64,000 nucleotides of DNA from positions 1-64,000 of the forward strand of contig CAZUBM010000012.1 of assembly GCA_964618805.1 (NCBI GenBank). The letters are read 5' to 3'. Below the pieces are notes generated by a model. That model was not told the origin of the DNA. It saw nothing but the letters and a program-made list of their open reading frames with translations, and did no database searches. Shown one piece after another: positions 30,864 to 39,946 of this stretch. Origin of the DNA: an uncultured Nitrososphaerota archaeon (GTDB lineage: Archaea > Korarchaeota > Korarchaeia > Korarchaeales > Korarchaeaceae). The translations under genes were made by a program, and so were the position numbers. Positions within the stretch are counted from its first letter, which is position 1; the number at the start of each line of letters is the position of its first letter.

Positions 30864-31805
30864 TTAATCACCTTTAAACTCGTAAATTCTCCATCTCTTG
30901 GCTCCTATGCACCTAACAAGTCCCTTTGCTTTCAAGCTCTGCATGTACTTCCTCACGGACCTAGGAGTCTTAGGGTTCTTGGATTTCCTGTAATAAAGCT
31001 TGTAAAGCTCGGAGCCCTTTACTCTCTTGCGCTCCCTCAAGATCTCCAGAAGGATAAGTTCATCATCGCTTAGCTCTTGATTTTCATCTACGAAGTTGGG
31101 AATGTCCTCGGTGCTTACCTTTTCCCTGTTTTCCATCTCAGCTCTAACTATTGAAGCTCTCAAAAGGCTCAGCGCCATTGTGACATTTCCCTTGCTCCTC
31201 TTAGCAATTTCCATCAGAAGTTCTTGGTCGTAACTCCCATCTCTCAAAGCAAGCCTTGCTCTTTCAGCGAGTATGGAAAATACCTGCTCTGTGGAATAAG
31301 GCTTTATTTCAAATAGGTTCGTTATGTTCATTCTTGCAAATTTTGAAAGCCTGAAATACTCTTTCCTATCTTCAGCCACCAAAACAACGTTTGCGTTCAT
31401 GCTGATGAGCTTATCAACTACGTCTAACTCCTTAACATGCTGGAAATGATCCAAGCAAACAGTTAGTCTGTTAGCCCTTAGATGTCTTCTTAACTTATCA
31501 ATCAAAACAGAATTGGTTTTTGGGATTGTGTTAAGCGGGTTTATCTGACTTAGAATCTCCTTCAGTATAGAGTTAGTGGTTTGAGCCAAAGTTGAATCTA
31601 CGTAGATTAACCTTGATTCCAGCTCCTTTGCGATTGATCTCATCAATATGCTCTTTCCAGAGCCTATTGGACCATAGATAAAGGTGCTAATGCCGTTTTT
31701 TATGAATGAAATGATTCTCTTTCTGTCCTTCTCCCTAAAAACAATGCTTTCTGGCTCGTATGTATGAGAGATTGTTTCTATGTGGGTTATAAGTTTCTTA
31801 ATCAT
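30864..31805 (-). CDS. Divergent Orc1/Cdc6-like AAA+ ATPase with C-terminal wHTH (element-borne)
   Basis: YEPESIVFRE, GPIGSGKS, CLDHFQ (atypical Walker B), PYSTEQVFSILAERA, GNVTMALSLL. Confidence 0.82.
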   Translation of the reverse strand: MIKKLITHIETISHTYEPESIVFREKDRKRIISFIKNGISTFIYGPIGSGKSILMRSIAKELESRLIYVDSTLAQTTNSILKEILSQINPLNTIPKTNSVLIDKLRRHLRANRLTVCLDHFQHVKELDVVDKLISMNANVVLVAEDRKEYFRLSKFARMNITNLFEIKPYSTEQVFSILAERARLALRDGSYDQELLMEIAKRSKGNVTMALSLLRASIVRAEMENREKVSTEDIPNFVDENQELSDDELILLEILRERKRVKGSELYKLYYRKSKNPKTPRSVRKYMQSLKAKGLVRCIGAKRWRIYEFKGD

Positions 31806-31924
31806 GTAGAAGGATAAGTATGAGATAAAATGAGTAGGTTACGCAAACAACGATTTCCATTAGTTCCATTTAAGTCGTGACTCATGATGTGTAGATCTCT
31901 GGTCTCGATCGAGGCTTTTTTGTT

Positions 31925-32671
31925 TTAGTCTCGCATGAGTCCTTCTAATCGTTCTATAACTCTCTTCTTGCCCTCGTCAGTGTAACTTGTGGTGGCAAAT
32001 ATGCCCCTCCAACTATCCAAGAACGTCGTTCTCTTGATTTCTGGTATCACGCTTCTCTTCAGCTTATCCTCAAACACTTTAGGGTTGGGAAGAACTTCTT
32101 TCACCCTTTCCATTACTCCCTCAGGGATACCGTTCTCCAGAACTAAGGAAGCTATGTCCCTTATGTCAGATGCCCTTGAGGAGACAACCTTCATTATGAA
32201 GTAGTCTGCGTAACTTGGAACGAAGAACATCACCTCTTCACCAGCAATCGAGATGAATGCAGACCTGCTCCCTTCAACCATCGCTTCGTCTATCAATATT
32301 ACCTCTTCAGGCTTCCTTCCCCTTATCTCGCCTTCCATGAAGTCCAAAGATACCTTTATCCTGGCTTTATCATAACTGACGTACTTGACCCACCTCATGA
32401 ACCTATAACTCTCGTGCCTTTCCTCAGCCTCTATGCTGTAATCCTCAGGCATGATTAGCCTTATCCTGTCTAAATTCCAACCGTCTTTTTTCCTAACGAT
32501 GAAATCACAGTCTCTGGTGAACCTTGTAAACCGAACAAAGGCCCTTAAAGCGTATCCTCCTATGAGTACAAGCTTAGGGTCCGTGAAGCCTTCTGTACTC
32601 GTTGAAAGCCTCTTGACAGCCGTCAGAAGTTCCTTTTCCCTCTTCTTCATCAGTTCTATAGCTCTAGGCAA
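31925..32671 (-). CDS. AbiEii-like nucleotidyltransferase (type IV TA toxin-like)
   Basis: LIGGYAL..RFTRDCDF, MKVVSSRASDIRDI. Confidence 0.75.
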   Translation of the reverse strand: MPRAIELMKKREKELLTAVKRLSTSTEGFTDPKLVLIGGYALRAFVRFTRFTRDCDFIVRKKDGWNLDRIRLIMPEDYSIEAEERHESYRFMRWVKYVSYDKARIKVSLDFMEGEIRGRKPEEVILIDEAMVEGSRSAFISIAGEEVMFFVPSYADYFIMKVVSSRASDIRDIASLVLENGIPEGVMERVKEVLPNPKVFEDKLKRSVIPEIKRTTFLDSWRGIFATTSYTDEGKKRVIERLEGLMRD

Positions 32672-33372
32672 ATTCTAACACCTTCTCTACGGCTTCTTCT
32701 ACGAGCTCCTTTACATCATCGTTTCTGAAATCCCTATCCCTTACATCGAACAACTTCCTTCCTGACCTCTCGTTGAAGAGTTGACATGCATACCTTATTG
32801 CGCTCCACACCCTAGCATCAGTCCTGGCTATCCTCTTCCACCTTGAAAGCCTCCTAACCTTTTTCAAGGGAGATCTCATCTCTCCTGAAGTAGAGCAATG
32901 CTAAGGCGTCTAAGAAGGACCATTCTGCAACGCAGTTAACCAAGCAGGATTCTGGAGATTCTACGAGCAAACCATCCAACTCTTTGTACTCGTACGGAAC
33001 CCTCTCATGGTACTCCACCTCAAATATCCACTCCCTGCTCCTAGCAAAGCTCTCCAAGGCCTTTTTGTAGGACGATGAGGTTACGGCTAATCGGTAAACG
33101 TTCCTATGAACAAAGTCGTAGTTCCACAAGCTCGCTGCCGTCTGCTTTATTACGACCTTAAACCCCCTATCTTTACTCAAGAAGCTCCAGACGTCTTCCT
33201 CCTTTGCCGGAACGTAGTACCAACCCCAACTCACCCTTTTGACTAATCCAAGCTTGCTGAGCCTGTGCAAGTACTCCTTTGCCCTTGGCTCTATCATAAC
33301 AGCTTCCCTAGTCGCAACCAAGCTTCCTTCCCATTTTTCTCTTAACGCTTCGTTGAACCTAGCGAGATACAT
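32664..33372 (-). pseudogene. AbiEi-like antitoxin/regulator, frameshifted in an A5 run near 32860
   Basis: wHTH LHRLSKLGLVKRVSWGWY; removing one A joins ORFs 32854-33372 and 32664-32879 (LEKVRRLSR). Confidence 0.7.
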
Positions 33373-33375
33373 TGA

Positions 33376-33441
33376 GTCACCTTTAATATGGTATTGGCAC
33401 TTAAGTATTTAAATATGTCACCTTTTTGTTAAAAATGGCAC
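33376..33441. promoter_or_regulatory. Paired operators GTCACCTTT-N10-TGGCAC flanking a TATA-like box
   Basis: Copies at 33376-33400 and 33417-33441, directly upstream of the AbiEi-like start. Confidence 0.6.
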
Positions 33442-33604
33442 ATTTCTTTCCAGAAACTCTGGCCAGTCTTTCTAGTGATTTATCGGATGCTACTCCTTTT
33501 GCCATGAAAGAAATCATCCTAGCATCTTTCTCTAAAAACAATGTGGAGTTTGTTATTTCCATACAGGAGCACATGGTGTAAAGTTAGCTCCAATATGAGA
33601 ATCG

Positions 33605-34510
33605 TTAAAATTCCGTTGCAATGTCCTTGAGGAAAGCGATGAACTTGTCTAAGAAACGCTCGAAGGATTTTGGTGGTCTAACGACGAATAGATCTCTCTC
33701 AAATGGGTCCTCAACAACCTCCCTGGTTAGCCCTAGGGACCTCTTGTTTCTCTCCAAGTTCTCCCTGTACTTCTTGTAGTAAAGAGAAGCTCTTATCTTC
33801 TTGATTATCTCTTCCCTAAATTCCTCAAAATTGAAACCGTTCCTATCTAAGACGAAAACGTCGTAGAAGTCCCTAAGCCTCTGCTTCCTCCTAGTTAATA
33901 TTGCTCTGACTTTCTCACAAAGGATCTCCCTCTCATCATAAGCTTGGACCTCGAATGGAGAGTAGAATTCCAAGAAACCCTTGAAGTATGCTTTCTCATC
34001 CCTTGACAATTTGGCATCGCTCAGCAACGTCATAACTCCAACCTTTTTCACGGGAAAAAGCAGGTCCTCCAAGAAGTTAACTTGTACCTTTATGAGCTCC
34101 GTTCCCTTCCAGAGCTTCATGGTCACCATCCTGCCCCCTCCCCCGAACTCGAAGTACCTCCTTTCGCTGTGATCGTTCTTAAACTCAAGACAAATTTCTT
34201 CGGATATTTTCTCTAACAGAGAGCCGAGGAGGCCTATTTCATCAAGAAGGCTTCTCCTCAATCTCTTCTTTCCCAAGTCCCTCCAAACTTCTGGGTTCTT
34301 CCAGGTGAAATCAAGGTCGACGCTGAACCTGTAGTAACCGAAGTAACACTTGATGAGGCAAGTCCCTCCCTTCAACACGTACTTCCCAGCGGTTTTTGAT
34401 GAAAGCTCTTTTAGCATGCGGTGTATGGTTACTTCCTTCTCTATTAATGCTGACTTCTTTATTCCTGACTTTTCAGATACGAAGCCGATGAACTCAGATA
34501 ACTCGGGCAT
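33605..34510 (-). CDS. AbiEii/DUF1814 nucleotidyltransferase toxin
   Basis: IEKE, VLKGGTCL, RFSVDLDF, EKVRAIL, RDFYD. Confidence 0.9.
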   Translation of the reverse strand: MPELSEFIGFVSEKSGIKKSALIEKEVTIHRMLKELSSKTAGKYVLKGGTCLIKCYFGYYRFSVDLDFTWKNPEVWRDLGKKRLRRSLLDEIGLLGSLLEKISEEICLEFKNDHSERRYFEFGGGGRMVTMKLWKGTELIKVQVNFLEDLLFPVKKVGVMTLLSDAKLSRDEKAYFKGFLEFYSPFEVQAYDEREILCEKVRAILTRRKQRLRDFYDVFVLDRNGFNFEEFREEIIKKIRASLYYKKYRENLERNKRSLGLTREVVEDPFERDLFVVRPPKSFERFLDKFIAFLKDIATEF

Positions 34511-35123
34511 TTTTAATTACCTCCTCAACTGTCTTAGGGTAAAACCTTAGGTAGGCCTTTATCCTGCTTGGGTCAAGCCTTCCCGAGTACTCCTCTACCA
34601 TAGACTCTATCCTCTCTTTTGGAAGGGATCTATACCTTGAGATGTAGACGAAATCCAACAAGGTTTTTTCAGGATCAGAGAACTTAATTACCCCCTTTTC
34701 AACAACCCCAAACCCGAACAAACCCATCTTTAGCTTTAAGAACTTCACTCTTTCTCCAGCTACCTTTATCTCCTTAGGTCTGAATATCGAATCGTTAACG
34801 ACGAATATGACGTCGAAGTGCTCATGGGTTAGGCCGTTAAGCGTTAAAGCTGTGTAAAGACCGAAGTACCACTTAACTTTGAGCTTTTCCATTCCCAAGG
34901 AAAGGATTCTGTAAATGTCCAACGCCTTCTTAAGCTTGAACTCTTCTACGGTCTTGACGTAGTAGAGACCTCTCAGTATTCTTACCAAGTAGCCGTAGGA
35001 TATCATGAAGTTTACGGTTGCCCTGACATCCCTTCCGAACTTTTCGCATGATTTTTCCATCTCAGCTCTTGTTATCACCTTGCCTCCAAAGGTCGATAGC
35101 ACGTATTTCGTTAGAGTTCTCAT
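34494..35123 (-). CDS. AbiEi-family antitoxin
   Basis: GYLVRILRGLYY, YFGLYTAL..GLT, SDPEKTLLD. Confidence 0.86.
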   Translation of the reverse strand: MRTLTKYVLSTFGGKVITRAEMEKSCEKFGRDVRATVNFMISYGYLVRILRGLYYVKTVEEFKLKKALDIYRILSLGMEKLKVKWYFGLYTALTLNGLTHEHFDVIFVVNDSIFRPKEIKVAGERVKFLKLKMGLFGFGVVEKGVIKFSDPEKTLLDFVYISRYRSLPKERIESMVEEYSGRLDPSRIKAYLRFYPKTVEEVIKNARVI

Positions 35124-35124
35124 A

Positions 35125-35181
35125 ATAGTTATTTATATAACTATACTTAAAAATTTTAAAGGTTGTTATATATCTAACTAT
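35125..35181. promoter_or_regulatory. Two palindromic operators (ATAGTTAT-N4-ATAACTAT and a degenerate copy) flanking TATA
   Basis: 35125-35144 and 35162-35181, upstream of abiEi. Confidence 0.68.
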
Positions 35182-35268
35182 CCAAAACTGTGTAGTAAAA
35201 AACCATGGTTTTTACATGAGACTTAAGCAAGTGAATTGGGGCATGATAGTTGTTATCGATGTTCTTAG

Positions 35269-35616
35269 CTATTCTCCACTTGGTCTCATGTTTAAGGCAT
35301 GCTCAGCTCTTAGGTAAGCGTAGTAATTCTTAACATCCTTCTCGACTCCATGCTTGGCAGATTCATCGAGTATCAACCTCATGAAGTCATAATAACCCTT
35401 AACCAACGTCCTGTAGACGCTAACATCAAGCTCTCCCCTAAGTCTAAGCCTCATCGCTTCCCTTTCTATCGCACCTATCTCGTTTTCAAGGGTGAAAAGG
35501 AGGTAGGCGACCTTCTCAACCTCCCTTTTAGAAAGAAAGTCGTTCAACCTTAGCCTTAGGTTGTTCCTCAGCTCGTTTAACTCTTCAAGCGCGTCGTTAA
35601 CGGTGTATTGGGCCAT
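35269..35616 (-). CDS. Helical hypothetical protein
   Basis: ORF from ATG 35616 (MAQYTVNDAL..). Confidence 0.6.
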   Translation of the reverse strand: MAQYTVNDALEELNELRNNLRLRLNDFLSKREVEKVAYLLFTLENEIGAIEREAMRLRLRGELDVSVYRTLVKGYYDFMRLILDESAKHGVEKDVKNYYAYLRAEHALNMRPSGE

Positions 35617-35798
35617 GAAATAGAATTGGATTAAGAGCACAACAGCCTTACGAAAGCGTAAATTTCCGATTCTTCCGATAAGTTTCGAACGCTCAAATTG
35701 TTTTTAATCTAAATCGGAATTACGAGAGACATTAATTATCCACAAAAACGTTTCGCAATAAAATTAAATTTCCGTTTCACCTTCCAATAATTGGATAC

Positions 35799-35981
35799 AT
35801 GTTGAAGAGCCCATCCGTTACTATCGTATCGGTTGTTGGATCGATCGTAGCGATATCTTTGAGCTGGATCTTGAGAGTTTTTCTCAAGATCTCTAGCGAG
35901 CTAGCCGTTGGAATCGCCTGGGTTTGTCTGATCGTTTTAATCTTCAAGCTTCCTGCTAAGGAGAAGGAAAGCAAGAAATAG
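35799..35981 (+). CDS. Small two-TM membrane protein
   Basis: Two hydrophobic segments, basic tail. Confidence 0.55.
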   Translation: MLKSPSVTIVSVVGSIVAISLSWILRVFLKISSELAVGIAWVCLIVLIFKLPAKEKESKK

Positions 35982-36001
35982 AGTGGCTAGGTGAAAGCCT
36001 G

Positions 36002-36355
36002 ATGTCGGAAGAACATCCGACAGCGCAGGAAGAGATTCTCTCGGATTACATCACAATTTCTGTAACCCTCGTTGGCCTAACGCCGGTTATCTACGGTCTT
36101 GGATTGACCGTACTGAGCTTAAAACAGGTTTATCCCGAATTCCTGGCCGATTCCATACACCTAGCTGAGTTGGCCGAGATCTTCTTCATCACGATCCTTG
36201 TTCTTTCCGTTTCTTTGAAGGAAAACGTCTTGGGGAGGTACGCCGGGCGTGCTAGGGAGTCGCTTTTTGTGCTTTTCATAGTTGGAATGATCTGTCTTTT
36301 TCTATCCCTCTTCCTGCTGACCGGGATAGTAAAAATCGTTCTTTCTTCTTTTTAG
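36002..36355 (+). CDS. Membrane protein (~3 TM)
   Basis: Hydrophobic segments; AGGTGA SD. Confidence 0.6.
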   Translation: MSEEHPTAQEEILSDYITISVTLVGLTPVIYGLGLTVLSLKQVYPEFLADSIHLAELAEIFFITILVLSVSLKENVLGRYAGRARESLFVLFIVGMICLFLSLFLLTGIVKIVLSSF

Positions 36356-36672
36356 TCGTTTAACGTTAGCAAATCTCCTATGAAGAAGAGGAGGACCGGA
36401 GAAGCCTCTACAAGCTTAACGAGAACGTGTTTTGTTATCGGTTGACACCAAGGGTAAAGAAATGCCTCCCTAATGTCGGGAGGACCATACCTGGAAAACG
36501 CTAGGTACAACAGCTCCGATGCTGTTATGGAGCCAACGAGCAAGTAACGCCTCAAAGAACTCCATCTGGCTTTGAGCTTCTCGTAGGCACTTTTCTCTAG
36601 TTCTGCCTTGTCAGTTTTAATGCTGTAGTCATCCTTTTGCAAGGAATAACTTCTGTTCTCAAAAAAGCCCAT
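36352..36672 (-). CDS. Hypothetical (membrane-associated) protein
   Basis: 106-aa ORF. Confidence 0.5.
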   Translation of the reverse strand: MGFFENRSYSLQKDDYSIKTDKAELEKSAYEKLKARWSSLRRYLLVGSITASELLYLAFSRYGPPDIREAFLYPWCQPITKHVLVKLVEASPVLLFFIGDLLTLND

Positions 36673-36810
36673 ATTTAGAATTTGTGTCCTAGCTTAAATC
36701 TTTGTTGCGATTCGCACCGTATTAAAGAGAAGCGAGGGGTTTGGGTATAAAGGAATCCCGTTCTTGGATAAAACAAAATTCTCCAATCTACCATCTTTTT
36801 CCCGGTTGAA

Positions 36811-36963
36811 ATGAGGGGTTACTGCCCGAGATGCAAGGAGTACAGGAGCGACGACGGAAGGGACGCTTGGGGAATCGTCTGGATTAACAAAACAGCATTC
36901 TGCGAGAGATGCGGCCATGTCCTAGATTTGTTTGAGGATGTTAAGCATGAAGGAAAAGGTTGA
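36811..36963 (+). CDS. 50-aa zinc-ribbon protein (not in ORF track)
   Basis: MRGYCPRCKEYRSDDGRDAWGIVWINKTAFCERCGHVLDLFEDVKHEGKG; two CxxC. Confidence 0.75.
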   Translation: MRGYCPRCKEYRSDDGRDAWGIVWINKTAFCERCGHVLDLFEDVKHEGKG

Positions 36964-37129
36964 GATTGAAGTTGTAACGCTCAGCTGCGGTCACTCGGTA
37001 AACCCAAACGTAGGCGTGGGTGTATGCTCAAAGTGCGGAAGGCTGTTCTGCGGGAAGTGCCTTCAGATTCTGAAAGACAAATTGCTTTGTCCCTCATGCT
37101 TCAAGGAAGAGGTAGAGCGTGATGGTTGA
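36947..37129 (+). CDS. B-box-like zinc-finger protein
   Basis: SCGH..CSKC..CGKC..CPSC; overlaps neighbours. Confidence 0.75.
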   Translation: MKEKVEIEVVTLSCGHSVNPNVGVGVCSKCGRLFCGKCLQILKDKLLCPSCFKEEVERDG

Positions 37130-37349
37130 GCTTTGGAAGTGCGAGGTTTGCGGCTCAATCGTAAGGAGGGATCAGATAAACGGTAGATGCTACGCTTGCG
37201 GTAGGAGGACATGCGTTAACTGTAGAAGGGTATGCCAGAGATGCCAGCGCGTTTTCTGCATGGATCATATCCAAGTAAGAGAAGTTTGGAGGCAGGGAAA
37301 ACTTGAGAGGATTTTGCTTTGTGAAAACTGCGGCAGGGTATGGGCATGA
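37122..37349 (+). CDS. Cys-rich multi-zinc-finger protein
   Basis: CEVC, CYAC, CVNC, CQRC, CMDH, CENC. Confidence 0.78.
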   Translation: MVELWKCEVCGSIVRRDQINGRCYACGRRTCVNCRRVCQRCQRVFCMDHIQVREVWRQGKLERILLCENCGRVWA

Positions 37350-39112
37350 AGAGATACGTGATATGTCCGGGCTGCGGAAGGTTGGTTAATGCTGAATCGC
37401 ATTTCTGCACGACTCGATCCTGCCACGTTCCCCTTTTCGACTTCTCAAGGGCTCCAAAAGTTAAGACTGAGGGCCTTTTTCTCGGTTACTTCGTTGACAG
37501 ATCAGAATTCCGTTTACCTCTCAACCAGTTGGGTTATCACGTGGCCATCTACGGTGTGACGGGTGTTGGAAAAACAAGGCTTGCGATAAAGCTTGCGATA
37601 GAGGCAGAGAACAATGGGTTGAAACTTCTAATTCTGGATGTAGAAGGAGAGTGGAAGAAAATAATCCCCTTCCTGAAAGCGGAGACGGAGTACTACGAGG
37701 TCGATAGGAACCTTAAGGTTAATCCTTTCGATCTGAATGATAGGGGATTAGCTAAGACCCTTCTTAAAGAAACGATCTTCAAGGGAATAGAGGTTGAGTA
37801 CGCAGAACTATCTCCTCAAATGAACTACGTACTTGAGAAGTGCATAGAAATGAGTTCAAGCATACCGGAGCTAATAGACAACATTCTTTACTTCGAGCCA
37901 GACACCCCATTCAACCTCTCAAACTTGAACAAGACAAAGACTGCTCTTATAGTGAGACTGGATCCCTACAAAGCCAACCCAGCTTTGAACGAGATCTTTT
38001 ATTGCTACTCATCCAACCCCGACTTGAACAAGCTGGACGACAGGAACATAATATTCGATTTGCACAGCTTGGAGGCAAGAGTAGCTTACAGGACCGAGTT
38101 AAGACTTCTTTACAACACTATAGCTATAGCTTACCTAAGGCAAGCTCTGTCGAGGGAAATAACTAATGAGACAAAGCATCTGTTCATAACGGACGAGGCC
38201 CAGCTTTTAGCCCCCAAGATACTGAGGAAACTCGTTGTAACGGATACGTGGACTTCCACAGAGTTTGCAACTAGGTTAAGGAAGAGGGGGGAGTGCATTG
38301 TGTTCATAACCCAGTCACCGAGCAACATAGAGGATGATGTTAGGAGGAACGCACAGAACAACTTTGTATTCAGACTTCAAGATCCTGATGACATAAAACT
38401 GATAGCAGGAATCCTAGGCTGGAACGTTGACACCTCTCTTGAGTATTTGACAACTCATTTGACTAATTTGAAGAGGAAACAAGCTTTGGTTAAGGTCCCT
38501 TTCATTAAGGATCCTTTCCTAATTGAAGTTTCAGACCTTGAGCTCCCGGAATTAAACGAAAGGGAATTGAGGAAGTACGTTAAGTCCATTAAGCACGAGT
38601 TAAACGAATACGAGAGTCTCTTCCTCCAAAGCATCGATTCAAAGCCCTTCTTGCCTGTGGTTGAGAGGAGAAGGTGGTTGGGCATGGACAAGCTGAAATA
38701 CAAGGAAGTTGTTGAAAGACTGGTCAGTGAAGGCATAATAGAGAAGGTAAGCGTTCCTATTGGTAGAGGAAGGCCCATAGTGCTCTATCAGAGGAAAGGA
38801 CAGAAACCGAGCGTTAAGCACGAGTACTACGTTTACTGGTTGATTGACGAGCTAACGGATAAGGGATTAGTGTGTAGGATAGCAAGAATTGGGGAAGCTA
38901 AGCCAGATATACAGATACCAAGCATCAAAACAGCGATAAATGTTGAGTTGGGAAAGTCTGACATCAAGAAGAACATAAAGGAAGCTCTTAAGGAATTTGA
39001 AAGGGTTATAGTTTGTTCTGATGACGAAAAGCTGTTAGAGAAGCTTAAAGAAGAAAACAAGGATGAAAGGATTTTATTTCGCTTGGTTTGGGAAGTTCCA
39101 GGCTTGCTTTAA
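37340..39112 (+). CDS. HerA/FtsK/VirB4-like ATPase with N-terminal Zn ribbon and C-terminal wHTH + PD-(D/E)xK-like domain
   Basis: CPGC..C..C; GVTGVGKT; ITDEAQ; LRKRG (Arg finger); ITQSP; KHEYY..KPDIQI..AINVELG. Confidence 0.82.
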   Translation: MGMKRYVICPGCGRLVNAESHFCTTRSCHVPLFDFSRAPKVKTEGLFLGYFVDRSEFRLPLNQLGYHVAIYGVTGVGKTRLAIKLAIEAENNGLKLLILDVEGEWKKIIPFLKAETEYYEVDRNLKVNPFDLNDRGLAKTLLKETIFKGIEVEYAELSPQMNYVLEKCIEMSSSIPELIDNILYFEPDTPFNLSNLNKTKTALIVRLDPYKANPALNEIFYCYSSNPDLNKLDDRNIIFDLHSLEARVAYRTELRLLYNTIAIAYLRQALSREITNETKHLFITDEAQLLAPKILRKLVVTDTWTSTEFATRLRKRGECIVFITQSPSNIEDDVRRNAQNNFVFRLQDPDDIKLIAGILGWNVDTSLEYLTTHLTNLKRKQALVKVPFIKDPFLIEVSDLELPELNERELRKYVKSIKHELNEYESLFLQSIDSKPFLPVVERRRWLGMDKLKYKEVVERLVSEGIIEKVSVPIGRGRPIVLYQRKGQKPSVKHEYYVYWLIDELTDKGLVCRIARIGEAKPDIQIPSIKTAINVELGKSDIKKNIKEALKEFERVIVCSDDEKLLEKLKEENKDERILFRLVWEVPGLL

Positions 39113-39148
39113 TTGATGAAAATTAATGCCGCTTTTTTGATTTTCTGA

Positions 39149-39202
39149 AAAGGGAAGGAAAGACAGAGATGAACACAAACTAATGCTACTTTCCTTCCCT
39201 TT
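39149..39202. repeat. 14-bp perfect inverted repeat between convergent genes (terminator or cis site)
   Basis: AAAGGGAAGGAAAG-N26-CTTTCCTTCCCTTT. Confidence 0.6.
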
Positions 39203-39360
39203 GGTAGCTAGTTGGAGAATCCTTTGAGTTGTTAGTTAAACACCTAAAGCTTATCCATGGGTAGCACTATTTTATCTCTATGAAAAGCTCGTACTGCGCT
39301 TCTGGCTGAGTTTTTGTCGATGAAACTAGTTAATTGATGTAGCATTGCCTTATGGAAAGA

Positions 39361-39903
39361 TCAATGACACCCTACCGATTTCACAGTCTCCTCTAGTTGC
39401 CTAAGCCTTTGCTCAAAACCTACGTCGGACATCATGGTAGAAAACGAAAAAAGTCTGTTAGTTTTATCGCAGATCCACGTTACATCAACAAGAAGCATAC
39501 TACCTTCTGCTGGACCTATCCTCACTACAGTCACTTTGGCATCGTGTCCGTTAATTTTCATAGAGTATGCCTTAACAAGCTCATAACTGCCTCCAGATGT
39601 TTCGTTTATTAGTTGTAAACGGAGGTTTACTATTTTTTCTAAATCTCTCGTACCGTAGGTTAATTCGGCAGATTCTAAAGGCATATAAGTTAGCATAGAG
39701 CTCAGATTAGCTCCCTTGAAGGAAACAGTCCATCCTTCTTCAGGATTACCCAAACTTTCAGTCATATTCCATCCTTCAGGAATTTCTACACTTACGCTGC
39801 CGGGCAATTCCTCTTTCATCACTTTACGTGTAGAGTAGTAATACATTGCAACGGAAAATAGAGTGATCAAAACAATAAAACATAAAAACAATTTCTTAAT
39901 CAA
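39361..39903 (-). CDS. Membrane-anchored protein, PsbP/DcrB-like fold possible
   Basis: N-terminal TM; VEIPEGW, KINGHDA. Confidence 0.6.
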   Translation of the reverse strand: MIKKLFLCFIVLITLFSVAMYYYSTRKVMKEELPGSVSVEIPEGWNMTESLGNPEEGWTVSFKGANLSSMLTYMPLESAELTYGTRDLEKIVNLRLQLINETSGGSYELVKAYSMKINGHDAKVTVVRIGPAEGSMLLVDVTWICDKTNRLFSFSTMMSDVGFEQRLRQLEETVKSVGCH

Positions 39904-39946
39904 TCGTACACCTCCTTAATTATTTTTGAATGTAAATAGATAAAAA

